The notes under the pieces: generated by a model
The model's input: only the letters and a program-made list of their open reading frames with translations
What the model was told of the DNA's origin: nothing
Database searches by the model: none
Source of the DNA: Octopus bimaculoides
Lineage: Eukaryota
Length of the DNA: 64,000 nt
Assembly (NCBI RefSeq): GCF_001194135.2
Contig: NC_068994.1
Location: 3,720,332 to 3,784,331, forward strand
Reading direction: 5' to 3'
Made by a program: the position numbers and the translations under genes
Shown here: piece by piece, positions 34,768 to 47,059 of the stretch
Layout of the letters: every line of letters begins with the position of its first letter
How positions within the stretch are numbered: position 1 is the first letter of the stretch

Positions 34768-34930
34768 AGGGAGAATTCACAGAAAAACAAAAGACGAAGA
34801 CAGGTGATGTAGAAAACAAACAGATGTATTAGTATAACAAATGGGAATTGAAAAAGTCTTTAACGTTTCGAGCCTACACTCTTCCACAGAAAAGAAAACA
34901 GAAAGAAACAAGGAAACAAAAAACAGAGAA
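34768..34930 (-). mobile_element. Repeat family E (hammerhead-like fold), flanked by (TA)n
   Basis: Minus strand CTTTT CTGTGGA A GAGT GTAG GCTC GAAAC GTT AAAG. Confidence 0.65.
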
Positions 34931-34988
34931 ACAAAAAAGCAACACATACATATATATAAATGTATGTATATGTATATANNNNNNNNNN

Positions 34989-35024
<36 letters not shown>

Positions 35025-35050
35025 TACATATATATAAATGTATGTATATG

Positions 35051-35094
<44 letters not shown>

Positions 35095-35150
35095 TATACA
35101 TATATCTTGGTATTGTCTAGGGTCATTATGCCAATGATGATAAACGCACA

Positions 35151-35439
35151 CACTGGTTCAATATCACTTCTTTATCGTCAGTCAGTTGGTTAAATATCTC
35201 ACAAACTAAGTCATCAATCGTCTGTTTAACGTACTGGTTAAACAATTAATCGGCTGTTTGTTAGTCAAAGTTCTTTCGTTGCTCCTCATCACCATCTCAG
35301 TGACCCACCCCTCTCTTTCTAAGGTCTGTGCTGAGTCGGTCCAATTGAGTGCTTAAACAGTACATTAAACAATTGATTGGTTAGTTGGTTAGATATTTAA
35401 CTAATTGACTAACAATAGAGAAGTGATATTGAACCAGTA
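35151..35439. mobile_element. Foldback MITE with ~100-bp diverged TIRs
   Basis: actggttcaatatcacttct at the left end equals the reverse complement of agaagtgatattgaaccagt at the right end; similarity continues ~100 bp inward. Confidence 0.75.
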
Positions 35440-35795
35440 CGTGTGTTATTATTGACAATGACCGTCCCAAGACAAGATTTGTTTCAACATACGAATTCAC
35501 ATCAAGGAAGTTGCAAACCAAATACGAAAACGAAGTGTGTGTGTATGTGTGTGTGCATATATATATATACACACTAATAANNNNNNNNNNNNNNNNNNNN
35601 NNNNNNNNNNNNNNNNNNNNNNNNNNNNNNNNNNNNNNNNNNNNNNNNNNNNNNNNNNNNNNNNNNNNNNNNNNNNNNNNNNNNNNNNNNNNNNNNNNNN
35701 NNNNNNNNNNNNNNNNNNNNNNNNNNNNNNNNNNNNNNNNNNNNNNNNNNNNNNNNNNNNNNNNNNNNNTATATATATATGTATGTATGTATGTA

Positions 35796-35831
<36 letters not shown>

Positions 35832-35939
35832 TACACACACACACTCACTCAAACACATTAATTTATAAGATAGGCTGCAAATGAGAGGTGTAAACAATGT
35901 CAAGAAGCCAGTTTGAAATACCGATCGCTGATGGTGATG

Positions 35940-35971
<32 letters not shown>

Positions 35972-36563
35972 GATGATGATCGTTGTGGTGGCGGTGATAT
36001 AACCCTGAAGCCACTATCATTGATTTCCTCTCATATATACACATCAATTATTGTAGTCAAGGCATTGATTTTTCTGCCGTGATTCAAACACCTGCACACA
36101 CACACACACGTGTACAGAAACAAGATGCAACGGTGCACACATACATACACACTTATACACGCAGTAATATATATATTTATATATATATATTATGACGTAC
36201 GGAGGCACACACACCTATACTTATACACAGAGACAGACATGTATACATAGAACCAGGCACACAGACACATAAATATAAATAAGCATACACGTACACACGT
36301 AATAACAGACACATTCTGACACAGAGAGGCATACGTCTATTTATACAGCCATACACATATACACATGCGTAAAGATACATAGACACACACATATTCTATA
36401 CTGATCTATATGTACTTGTAGATAAGAATGTCTGTTTGTGTTTGCCACGACAGATTATGGTTACATACAAATTTATTAATGAACGATACATATCGTGTAC
36501 ACAAACCACATATACACACATATATATGTTCATACATACATACACACATATATATGTTCATAC

Positions 36564-36623
<60 letters not shown>

Positions 36624-37313
36624 CTATGTATGTATGAACATATATATATGTGTGTATATGTGGTTTGTGTATATACACACATCTCTCTCTCTCTCTCTTA
36701 TATATATATATAGATAGATAGATGTGTATGTATGTAAGTTTATCATATAAATATATATTTATATGATAAACTTTTAATATCTCCATCTCTCGTTTTGTAT
36801 GTATTGATAATAGATAGATAGATAGATAGATAGATAGATTGATTGATAGATAGATAGACAGACAGACAGAGCTAGACAGTGTTTCGTAATTTGGCAGTGA
36901 AGCAATAATCTTGCTCTCTCTCTCCATGCAGCTGGTAATGGACGACGCCCTGTCTATCTGTGAGAGGAATTTCATGAGGTGATGGACTGTTGGACACACA
37001 GCAGCTATGCCATGGAGGCGGTTTGTAGACTTGGATCGTGTGTCTGGATCCACTGATTAAGTGGGGTGGACTTAGGGGGATAGTCGATGGGAGTGGTGGA
37101 GTGTGTGGGTCTGAGATAGGCAACTGGAATAGGACCAGGACGTAATACTCTATACACACGCATACACAGACACACAAGCAAGCACACATGCATACATATA
37201 TATATATATATATATGCACAGTCACACACAATAACATGTATGCACACTCACACAGATAATTGTATGTATGTATGTATATGTACATGCACATACATACCGC
37301 ATTATACATCGCT

Positions 37314-37322
37314 TCTTACCTA
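37314..37322 (-). promoter_or_regulatory. Predicted splice donor (possible upstream non-coding exon of ZF-B)
   Basis: Minus strand TAG|GTAAGA at 37320/37319. Confidence 0.35.
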
Positions 37323-37986
37323 ATATTTAATAAACAAAACATGCAAGAAAACTTTATATATAGGCGTGCACATACACACACATTGTGTGTGTATGTGCAC
37401 GCACACACACACACACATTACACACCGCTCGGATGGTTCCCTCAAATTCACATAAAATACATATTCGGTTCAAGATTTCCAATTATTTCGTTTCACATTG
37501 TATATATGTATAATTAGACCATGGCTCACCAAATGTGTTTGCCTATACACACGCGCGCGCATATTTCAATATGCATGCTATATACCATACACAATTTGTA
37601 TACATTTTTTTTAACGAATATCTAGTTATGCAATTCTTTATTAGACAAGCATTGAGTATATATACATATACATACATATACATACATATATATATATATG
37701 TATGTCTGCTAATAACACATGCATAATTGTATGTGTGTGTGTGCATACATACACACGCATATATATATATATATATATACACACGATTGATCTTTTCTTT
37801 GACGTGCATAGGCATACAAAAACACGCACATGCGCGTAATATATACGCATATCTTTGCATGCTGTGAATGACTGCGTATATAACACACACACACACACAT
37901 ATTGTCCCCGCTCACATGGCCATGAATGTGTCGGTTTCAATGAGTTCCAAGTGAACCACTGACCAAAAGTATGTCATGTGGCCACA

Positions 37987-38014
37987 ATGACGTCATATGT
38001 GTCCGTGACGTCAC
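37987..38014. promoter_or_regulatory. Tandem pair of perfect CRE (CREB/ATF) palindromes
   Basis: ATGACGTCAT (37987-37996) and GTGACGTCAC (38005-38014) in a CpG-retaining unique region. Confidence 0.6.
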
Positions 38015-38328
38015 ACCGATGAAACGAACTGACCGATGTGGTCACTCCGGTCAAAACAAAACTTTGAGCGACATTTCTCACACCGCCTCACTCCCTTTAC
38101 TTACTATCATTCCCGCTCTCACACGTTCTCTCTAACACACATACTCTGTCTGACTGCCCCTCTCTCTCTCTCTTTCTCCACACACACTACCATATACATA
38201 TAGACAAACGATGTCTCCAGGTCTGGCCTTCTTTCTCTACGTCTCACATCTTCCTGCCTATGGCTCTCAAACGCTCTACATTCCACTGTCCCGCAGACGA
38301 ATTCCCACTACACAACAATTTCGACAAA

Positions 38329-38365
<37 letters not shown>

Positions 38366-38756
38366 GGGCAGGGCTTTTAGATTCATCTGACCAAGAAGGA
38401 AAAGGGAAAGGCAAAGTTATAGATTCGAATGAATAAAATCTCTTGAAATTTTATCCTTTTTGCCTATTATTCTGTATAAATACAATCATCGACAACGCAA
38501 ATGTACGTATATAGTGATCTATAGACATATACAAACACCTTTCATTATACAAGTGCACATATATGTCAACATGTATGTACATACATTACACATACATATA
38601 TAGGTAAATTTTCAGATTTACCCACATATCTATATCTCTCTATATTCCATCCACCCATCTATCTATCTATCTATCTATCTACTCACACACACGTATAAAA
38701 ATATGTGTCTATATATCATCATTTAACATTCATTTTCCATGCTGGCATGGGTTGGA

Positions 38757-38794
<38 letters not shown>

Positions 38795-38829
38795 TACACA
38801 CACACACATATACATATATAATATATACA

Positions 38830-39150
38830 TAGTCTTTTACTTGTTTCAGTCGTTTGACTGTGGCCATGCTGGAGCACTGCCCTTAGTCGAAGAAAGCAAC
38901 CCCAAGATTTCTTCCTTGTAAGCCTAGTACTTATTCTATCGGTTTCTTTTACTGAAATGCTAAGTTTCAGGGACGTAAACACACCAACATCGGTTGTCAA
39001 GCGATGGCGGGAGAGGGGAACAAACACACACACATAAATCAACTCATAAGGCTATAGTAGAAGACACTTGCCCAAGGTGTCATGCAGGAGGACTGAACCC
39101 GGAACCATGTGGTTGGGAAGCAAGCTTCTTACCACACACCCACACCTGTG
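38830..39150 (-). mobile_element. SINE family A with an internal deletion
   Basis: The 3' body and the head (gaagcaagcttcttaccacac) are both present. Confidence 0.85.
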
Positions 39151-39224
39151 CCTATATGTAATATATAATATACACACACACGTATATATACATGTGTGTA
39201 TAGATATACATATCGTGGTATCAC

Positions 39225-39492
39225 ATTATCAATCCACATAGTTGGATGTTGTTATACATCACTGTTCACAATGCACTTCACATCGTTTTCGTAGCTTTCA
39301 AGTGATGCCACCCCACCCCCCACTGGCCAGGCAAAGCAGGCCAACATTCCCATCTTGATCAGAAAGCTATTGCATCATGAGGTGCAATGACGTGTTTTGC
39401 TCAAGAACACAATGTGCAACCCAGCCTGCAAAGCAAACCTACGATCTGGTGCAACACCCTAACCCTAACCCTAACCCTAACCACTCAGCCAC
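39225..39492 (-). mobile_element. SINE family D-like copy whose head contains (TTAGGG)4
   Basis: gtgttttgctcaagaacac block; head reads ggctgagtgg-ttagggttagggttagggttaggg on the minus strand. Confidence 0.6.
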
Positions 39493-39580
39493 ACACCTTC
39501 ACAAATATACATTTTTATGTAAACATCAATATATTGTGTGTACATGTACATATTTTATGGATATCTACCCACATACACGT

Positions 39581-40005
39581 ATATCCGAATGTGATTGATG
39601 CCAGGACCGCCTGACTGGCTCCCGTAAAAAGCAGCATCTAAACGTGGCCGATGCCAGTACCCCCAGACTGGCTCCGGTGCTGGCGGCACGTGAAAAGCAC
39701 TATCCAAACGTGATCGATGCCAGAGCCACCTGACTGACTGCCACGCCGGTGGCACATAAAAAAGCATTATCCGAATGTGACTGATGCCAGGCCTACATAA
39801 CTGGCTTCTGTGCAGGTGGCACGTAAAAAGCACCCTCTACACTCTCGGAGTGGTTGGCGTTAGGACGGGTGTCCAGCTGTAGAAATCTTGCCAGGTCAGA
39901 TTGGAGCCTGGTGCAACAGCTGGCTCTCAGGACCTCAGTCAAACCATCCAACCCATGCCAGCATGGAAAACAGATGTTAAATGATAATGATAATGATGAT
40001 GATGT
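39581..40005 (+). mobile_element. Longest family C copy, with four ~53-67-bp tandem hairpin units at its 5' end and a (GAT)n tail
   Basis: Units begin atccgaatgtg/atctaaacgtg and end aaaaagca; followed by the standard family C 3' end. Confidence 0.85.
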
Positions 40006-40134
40006 GACAGTGTGGGATGCTTCAGCACCACCTGTTTTCTGTTTTGATATCAGTGTGTCTGACTTGGAGAATCGTCTCCTACATCAACCCTCATTCATCA
40101 AAGCATAGTGAGTACATCTGCCAGAAGGAAGTCC

Positions 40135-40191
40135 ATATTACTCTGTAAGGAGTATATTACTCTGTAAGGAGTATATTACTCTGTAAGGAGT
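40135..40191. repeat. Three perfect copies of a 19-bp unit (ATATTACTCTGTAAGGAGT)
   Basis: Directly visible. Confidence 0.95.
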
Positions 40192-40199
40192 ATAGTGCC

Positions 40200-40385
40200 A
40201 ATCTCCTGGATTTCTCTGGCTGATATATTCCTCCCAGGACAGGACGCTGGTCTGTTGCAGGATGACTCATTTTTGCCAGCTGAATGGACTGGAGTATTGT
40301 AACATGAAGTGTCTTGCTCAAGGACACGATGCAGCAACTGGTCTAGGGATTGAAACCACAATCTTACCATCATGAGTCCAACACC
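40200..40385 (-). mobile_element. SINE family D-like fragment
   Basis: aagtgtcttgctcaaggacac..gggattgaacc. Confidence 0.65.
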
Positions 40386-40554
40386 ACACACACATTTTTT
40401 TCTCTCCTTTTTCTTCCCTCATTCCTTACTTTTGAAGAGCAAAGGCTCAAAACGTCAAAGACATTTTTCCTGAGCATCACACTAGTACACCTCATTTCTT
40501 GTTTCCAAACCTGCCTCTGTCTTTTGGTTTTTTTTTACAAATTTGAAGCATTTA

Positions 40555-40591
<37 letters not shown>

Positions 40592-41399
40592 NNNNNNNNN
40601 NNNNNNNNNNNNNNNNNNNNNNNNNNNNNNNNNNNNNNNNNNNNNNNNNNNNNNNNNNNNNNNNNNNNNNNNNNNNNNNNNNNNNNNNNNNNNNNNNNNN
40701 NNNNNNNNNNNNNNNNNNNNNNNNNNNNNNNNNNNNNNNNNNNNNNNNNNNNNNNNNNNNNNNNNNNNNNNNNNNNNNNNNNNNNNNNNNNNNNNNNNNN
40801 NNNNNNNNNNNNNNNNNNNNNNNNNNNNNNNNNNNNNNNNNNNNNNNNNNNNNNNNNNNNNNNNNNNNNNNNNNNNNNNNNNNNNNNNNNNNNNNNNNNN
40901 NNNNNNNNNNNNNNNNNNNNNNNNNNNNNNNNNNNNNNNNNNNNNNNNNNNNNNNNNNNNNNNNNNNNNNNNNNNNNNNNNNNNNNNNNNNNNNNNNNNN
41001 NNNNNNNNNNNNNNNNNNNNNNNNNNNNNNNNNNNNNNNNNNNNNNNNNNNNNNNNNNNNNNNNNNNNNNNNNTATATATATATATATATATATGTATGT
41101 ATGAGTTTGTGTGATATTCCATGCTTGTGTTTCAGTATAACATGGTGATGTTTATATTAGTTCTTCCTGTTAATGTGACCAGTCGCACTTCTCTTTCAAA
41201 GAGCTCAACAGCAAATACAAACAATGAACTTTACTTGAAGAGCAGACAAGGAAGGACACGCTCCTCAACCTAATATCCTGCCTTCATTATCTCTGCCTCA
41301 TCACCCTCGCAGTACGCATCCTGCTAAGGGTAGCAACTCTTAACGACTGCCTTGAAATGTGGCAATCCAGCCGACCAATGCCAGCATCGGTAGTTTTCA

Positions 41400-41560
41400 C
41401 AAAATGGTTTCAAATTTCGACACAAGGCCAGCAATGTTAGGGAAGCGGGGTGGGAGTCAACCCTAGTGCTCCACTGGTGCTATAGTTTATTAATCCTGAA
41501 AGGACCAAAGGTGAAGTTGACTTCAACAGGATTTGAACTCAGATTGGAATGAGTTGGAAA
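41400..41560 (-). mobile_element. SINE family B
   Basis: cacaaggccagc..cctgaaaggaccaaaggtgaagttgac..atttgaactcag. Confidence 0.7.
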
Positions 41561-41604
41561 AAAAAGCTGCTGAATTTATTCCTAAGACGCTAAGAAATAA
41601 TTTA

Positions 41605-41775
41605 AATATCTGCTTTCCATGCTGGTATGCGACGGACAGTTTGACATGGAGCTGACTAGCAGAAAGCTGTCCAGACTCCAATTGTTTGTTGTGGCATGGA
41701 TTCAATGGCTAGATGCCCTTCCTGATGTCAACCACTTAGCTGAGTGTGTTGGGTGCATTTAACATGCCACCGATA
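41605..41775 (-). mobile_element. Repeat family C
   Basis: ctttccatgctggtatgcg..gctagatgcccttcctgatgtcaaccac. Confidence 0.7.
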
Positions 41776-42494
41776 CACACACACATATATACGTATGTAT
41801 ATGTATATACATACATATACATGTGTGTGTATATGTATATATATATATGTGAAAGGGCATCTTCCTATAGAAACCATGCCAAAAGGGGATGTTATAGCAA
41901 GATCAGGTCCTCTGACACATTAGTTCTTGTTGAATTGCCCAACCCATGGCAACTTACAGAAAACACACATGAAATGAAGATGATGATGGATACACACATA
42001 CGCAGAGGTGTAATCCTTGACTACAGCATTCTAGTGCTGGATGTCACCTACTTCCTACCTCAGTCTGTTTGATCTCTTCATATGGTCCCAGTACCTTTGA
42101 TAGCGACCAAGCCCTCTCTGGCTCGTTGATACTCACTTTAGCCAGCGGAGCAGACTGAAGCAAAGACATTTGGTCATAGCATTGGGAGCAAGTGTTGTGT
42201 TATCCCACAACCCTACGAATGGCCAATGCATTGTCAGTGAAATTAGTAGAGAGAAACTGTTGGGAAGTTCGCTATATGTATCACCATCATCATCATCATT
42301 TGATGTCTTGCAAGTTGAAGCAGATTTTCTATGGCCGGATACCCTTCCTGTCACCAACCTGCACCTGATCGAAGCAATGTTTCACCATGGAAAACAGAAA
42401 ATAAACAGCACTGCTTATATGACAGAGAGGCTCATTTACAATAATTTCAAGATATGAAGACAAGGAAGGGGACACACACACACTCATGCATATG

Positions 42495-42640
42495 ACAGGC
42501 TTTTGTCAGTTTCAGTCCACCAAATCCACATGTAAGACTTTCGTCAGCCCAGGGCTATAGTGGAAGACATTTTGCTCAAGATGCCAAGTAGCAGGATTGA
42601 TCCTGAAACCATGTGGTTGGAAAGTAAGTTTCTTAATTAA
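42495..42640 (-). mobile_element. SINE family A, 5' half
   Basis: tcagtttcagtccaccaaatccac..gctatagtggaagac..aaccatgtggttggaaag. Confidence 0.75.
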
Positions 42641-42712
42641 CAACAAAGCTATGGCTGCACACACACACACACAGTTAAATAAGATTCGGATAAGAACCAG
42701 GGCTATATAAAT

Positions 42713-42946
<234 letters not shown>

Positions 42947-43687
42947 TATATATATATACACACATATCAGTGTGTGAGTGTATATACACACATACATAGA
43001 TCTGATCTATGTATATGTGTTACTGTTGATATCAAATGTTTCCATTGACTCTTTGCTGAGAAATACGGTGATGTTGTTTATATTCAACAGTACAACAGCT
43101 TCATACATTCTGACATGCAAGGATCAGGGGTTCGAAAATAATGGAGTTGGCATAACAGGTAAAGGAAAGGCAAAAGGAGGAGCTTCTGACAGGAGGAGAA
43201 ATTGGTCTCTCGAAGATGTTCAAAGCATGTCAACGTGGGTTACATGGAAAAAGCATGATGATAGCATGAATATGCACACACACACACACATACACATATG
43301 AACATTTATGTCTGTGTCTGTGTATATATATGTGTGTGTGTGCGTGTGTGGCTGGTGGGTGGGAAGGTATGTATACAGAAGTATATATTTGAACAATCTA
43401 ACCAAGGGCAAAACTTTAAGTAGCCGTCAGCCTTTCGATATAAAGATATATATGTGTATATACACATGTACACACATTCATGTACATATATTTATGTGTA
43501 TATGTATACATGTATGTGTATATAAATATATATATGTATATACATATGAATATGTATAAATATATATATATATATATAGTTATATATATCAATATGTATA
43601 CATATATATTATACATGCATACACAGACACACACATATACACGTGAATATATACATATATGTACTTCTACAAAAGCAATATGCATGT

Positions 43688-43745
<58 letters not shown>

Positions 43746-43992
43746 ACACATATATATATATATATATATATACACATGCAAATATACACATGTAGATACA
43801 CAAATACACATACATATGAACGTTATATACACACACACACACATATATATGTAGACACGATTTTCATATACACAAACACGCACAAATATATATAACTAGA
43901 TTACATGAATACATATATATATATCTATATAATTACATAAATATATATACACTTAAATATTTATATATATATATATATATATATTTATATAC

Positions 43993-44030
<38 letters not shown>

Positions 44031-44631
44031 NNNNNNNNNNNNNNNNNNNNNNNNNNNNNNNNNNNNNNNNNNNNNNNNNNNNNNNNNNNNNNNNNNNNNN
44101 NNNNNNNNNNNNNNNNNNNNNNNNNNNNNNNNNNNNNNNNNNNNNNNNNNNNNNNNNNNNNNNNNNNNNNNNNNNNNNNNNNNNNNNNNNNNNNNNNNNN
44201 NNNNNNNNNNNNNNNNNNNNNNNNNNNNNNNNNNNNNNNNNNNNNNNNNNNNNNNNNNNNNNNNNNNNNNNNNNNNNNNNNNNNNNNNNNNNNNNNNNNN
44301 NNNNNNNNNNNNNNNNNNNNNNNNNNNNNNNNNNNNNNNNNNNNNNNNNNNNNNNNNNNNNNNNNNNNNNNNNNNNNNNNNNNNNNNNNNNNNNNNNNNN
44401 NNNNNNNNNNNNNNNNNNNNNNNNNNNNNNNNNNNNNNNNNNNNNNNNNNNNNNNNNNNNNNNNNNNNNNNNNNNNNNNNNNNNNNNNNNNNNNNNNNNN
44501 NNNNNNNNNNNNNNNNNNNNNNNNNNNNNNNNNNNNNNNNNNNNNNNNNNNNNNNNNNNNNNNNNNNNNNNNNNNNNNNNNNNNNNNNNNNNNNNNNNNN
44601 NNNNNNNNNNNNNNNNNNNNNNNNNNNNNNN

Positions 44632-44687
<56 letters not shown>

Positions 44688-44816
44688 TATATATATATAA
44701 TTTCATGGGAGTGTCCAGTAGTGTGATTATAAATGAAAACGTGAGGAGGGGGGGAAACAGTATAATTTTATATATACAAAAATATGTATTATATATATAT
44801 ATAAATATATATATAC

Positions 44817-44851
<35 letters not shown>

Positions 44852-46401
44852 ATTCCTTCTATGTGTAGAGTTTAAATTAGAGGGGTCTGAGTACAATTTT
44901 TCAAGTTTAAAAAAAACAATATATGTATGCATATAGATATAGATATATCTATATATGAAAAAAAATCCCCCCTCCGAGTAGGGTGGGTGGATACTGAGTA
45001 TCAAGTCACACTTACATGCTAATATAAGTATACTTAGAGGAAAAGTCCGCAGTCTTTGTCACCGGCATTTTTTAAGATAACAGGGAGCTATCTGCTTGGT
45101 GGTAAGTCTAAAAATCAGCAGACACTGAGCAAGGGAGATAATGTGACGCACAGACAGACAGACTAGTGTTTTCTTTATTGCAAAAAAAATTTTTTTCCAC
45201 CAAACATAAAGTGTTTGAAAACATAAGTGGAGGATAATGGAGGAAGGGCAAGGGAGATAATTCGTCTCCACTTCAACAGCCCGGACTAAATGTTTCGCTA
45301 AGATTTTCTCCCACAATACATCGCTAATTTGAGATTTTCGACAATGTATATATTTGCTTTGTATCTATAAACTTGAAAAATAAAAATATTTTGGTCTTAT
45401 TCGTTTTGTATTGCTCCAGTTACGTCTCTATCTATTATGTCCGTGCTAGTGGTATCTTTCACGAGGAGATAATTATGCATGCACCGTATCTGTTCCGTCT
45501 TAAAAAACATATCAAGTTTTTTGCGATGATTAACATATTTTTTTAAAAAATTGCTTTATTATTGAGTTTAAAAGCAAGAACTAGCTATATTTTTCGAATA
45601 AAAAACGTTCTAAATCATTCAATCAATTTTTCCTTGCAGAAAAGTTTTTTAGAATGGCGCCCGCAGGAATGTATCTTCCCTTCGCCATCCACGCATTATC
45701 CAAATACAGGATAGCTTCTCTTGAACAGATCCAATTTATTACATTAAATTTAATTACTATAGGGCGGAAAAATAACAAATAAACCAAATTTGAAATAAAA
45801 ATGTAAAAAATTAGCAGATTTTTATAATTTTTACGACATTTACTTTTTTCTATTTTCTTAATTTGAGGTTGGGTTCTTAGTAATTTTCCCCAACGTATAA
45901 ATTTCGTTTTTTACCTTCTGCATCCAACATTTGATAAATGTATGAGACATCACGATAACATATAAGGCATCCCTAAATTTTGTATTCAATTTTATTTTCC
46001 GAAAAAGCATTATTTTAAAATATAAAAATATAAGGTGAAATGGAAAATGTAAGAATTATATACATACGTGTGTGTGTGTGTGTGTGTATGTATGTGTGTG
46101 TGTGTCTGTCTGTGTATGTGTGTGTGTGTTAATTGATTGCATATAAATATATATATTTATAAAATTAATTAGTCATAATTTATATTGATGTTTCTAAAAT
46201 TAATTTATAAATAATCTCTGTCTATTTCTTTGTCTTTCTGTCTATCTCTATAGCCATCTATATACACACACACACACAAACACATACTAATATGTGTGTG
46301 TGTGTGTATATCTTATATATGTATGTAATTGTGTGTGTATATATATATGTATGTGTGTGTCAATATATATGTATGTATATATATATATATGTATGTGTGT
46401 A

Positions 46402-46450
<49 letters not shown>

Positions 46451-46919
46451 NNNNNNNNNNNNNNNNNNNNNNNNNNNNNNNNNNNNNNNNNNNNNNNNNN
46501 NNNNNNNNNNNNNNNNNNNNNNNNNNNNNNNNNNNNNNNNNNNNNNNNNNNNNNNNNNNNNNNNNNNNNNNNNNNNNNNNNNNNNNNNNNNNNNNNNNNN
46601 NNNNNNNNNNNNNNNNNNNNNNNNNNNNNNNNNNNNNNNNNNNNNNNNNNNNNNNNNNNNNNNNNNNNNNNNNNNNNNNNNNNNNNNNNNNNNNNNNNNN
46701 NNNNNNNNNNNNNNNNNNNNNNNNNNNNNNNNNNNNNNNNNNNNNNNNNNNNNNNNNNNNNNNNNNNNNNNNNNNNNNNNNNNNNNNNNNNNNNNNNNNN
46801 NNNNNNNNNNNNNNNNNNNNNNNNNNNNNNNNNNNNNNNNNNNNNNNNNNNNNNNNNNNNNNNNNNNNNNNNNNNNNNNNNNNNNNNNATATATATATAT
46901 ATATTATATGTATGTATTT

Positions 46920-46958
<39 letters not shown>

Positions 46959-47026
46959 AGTACAAATATATATGTATATATACATACATATACACAAATA
47001 TACATATAGCGTGCACACACACACGT

Positions 47027-47059
<33 letters not shown>

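Noticed and set aside
34940-35065. Duplicated acacatacatatatataaatgtatgtatatgtatata around a 10-N gap
   Set aside because: Probable assembly overlap within a microsatellite.
36860-37145. Possible Penelope/RT remnant (also 33430-33690 and 52630-52780)
   Set aside because: Translations give no motif I can identify with confidence.
39581-39835. CRISPR-like repeat-spacer appearance
   Set aside because: Eukaryotic context, no cas genes, variable parts only ~10 nt, and the array is part of an interspersed retroelement-like family; kept only as an RNA-structure finding.
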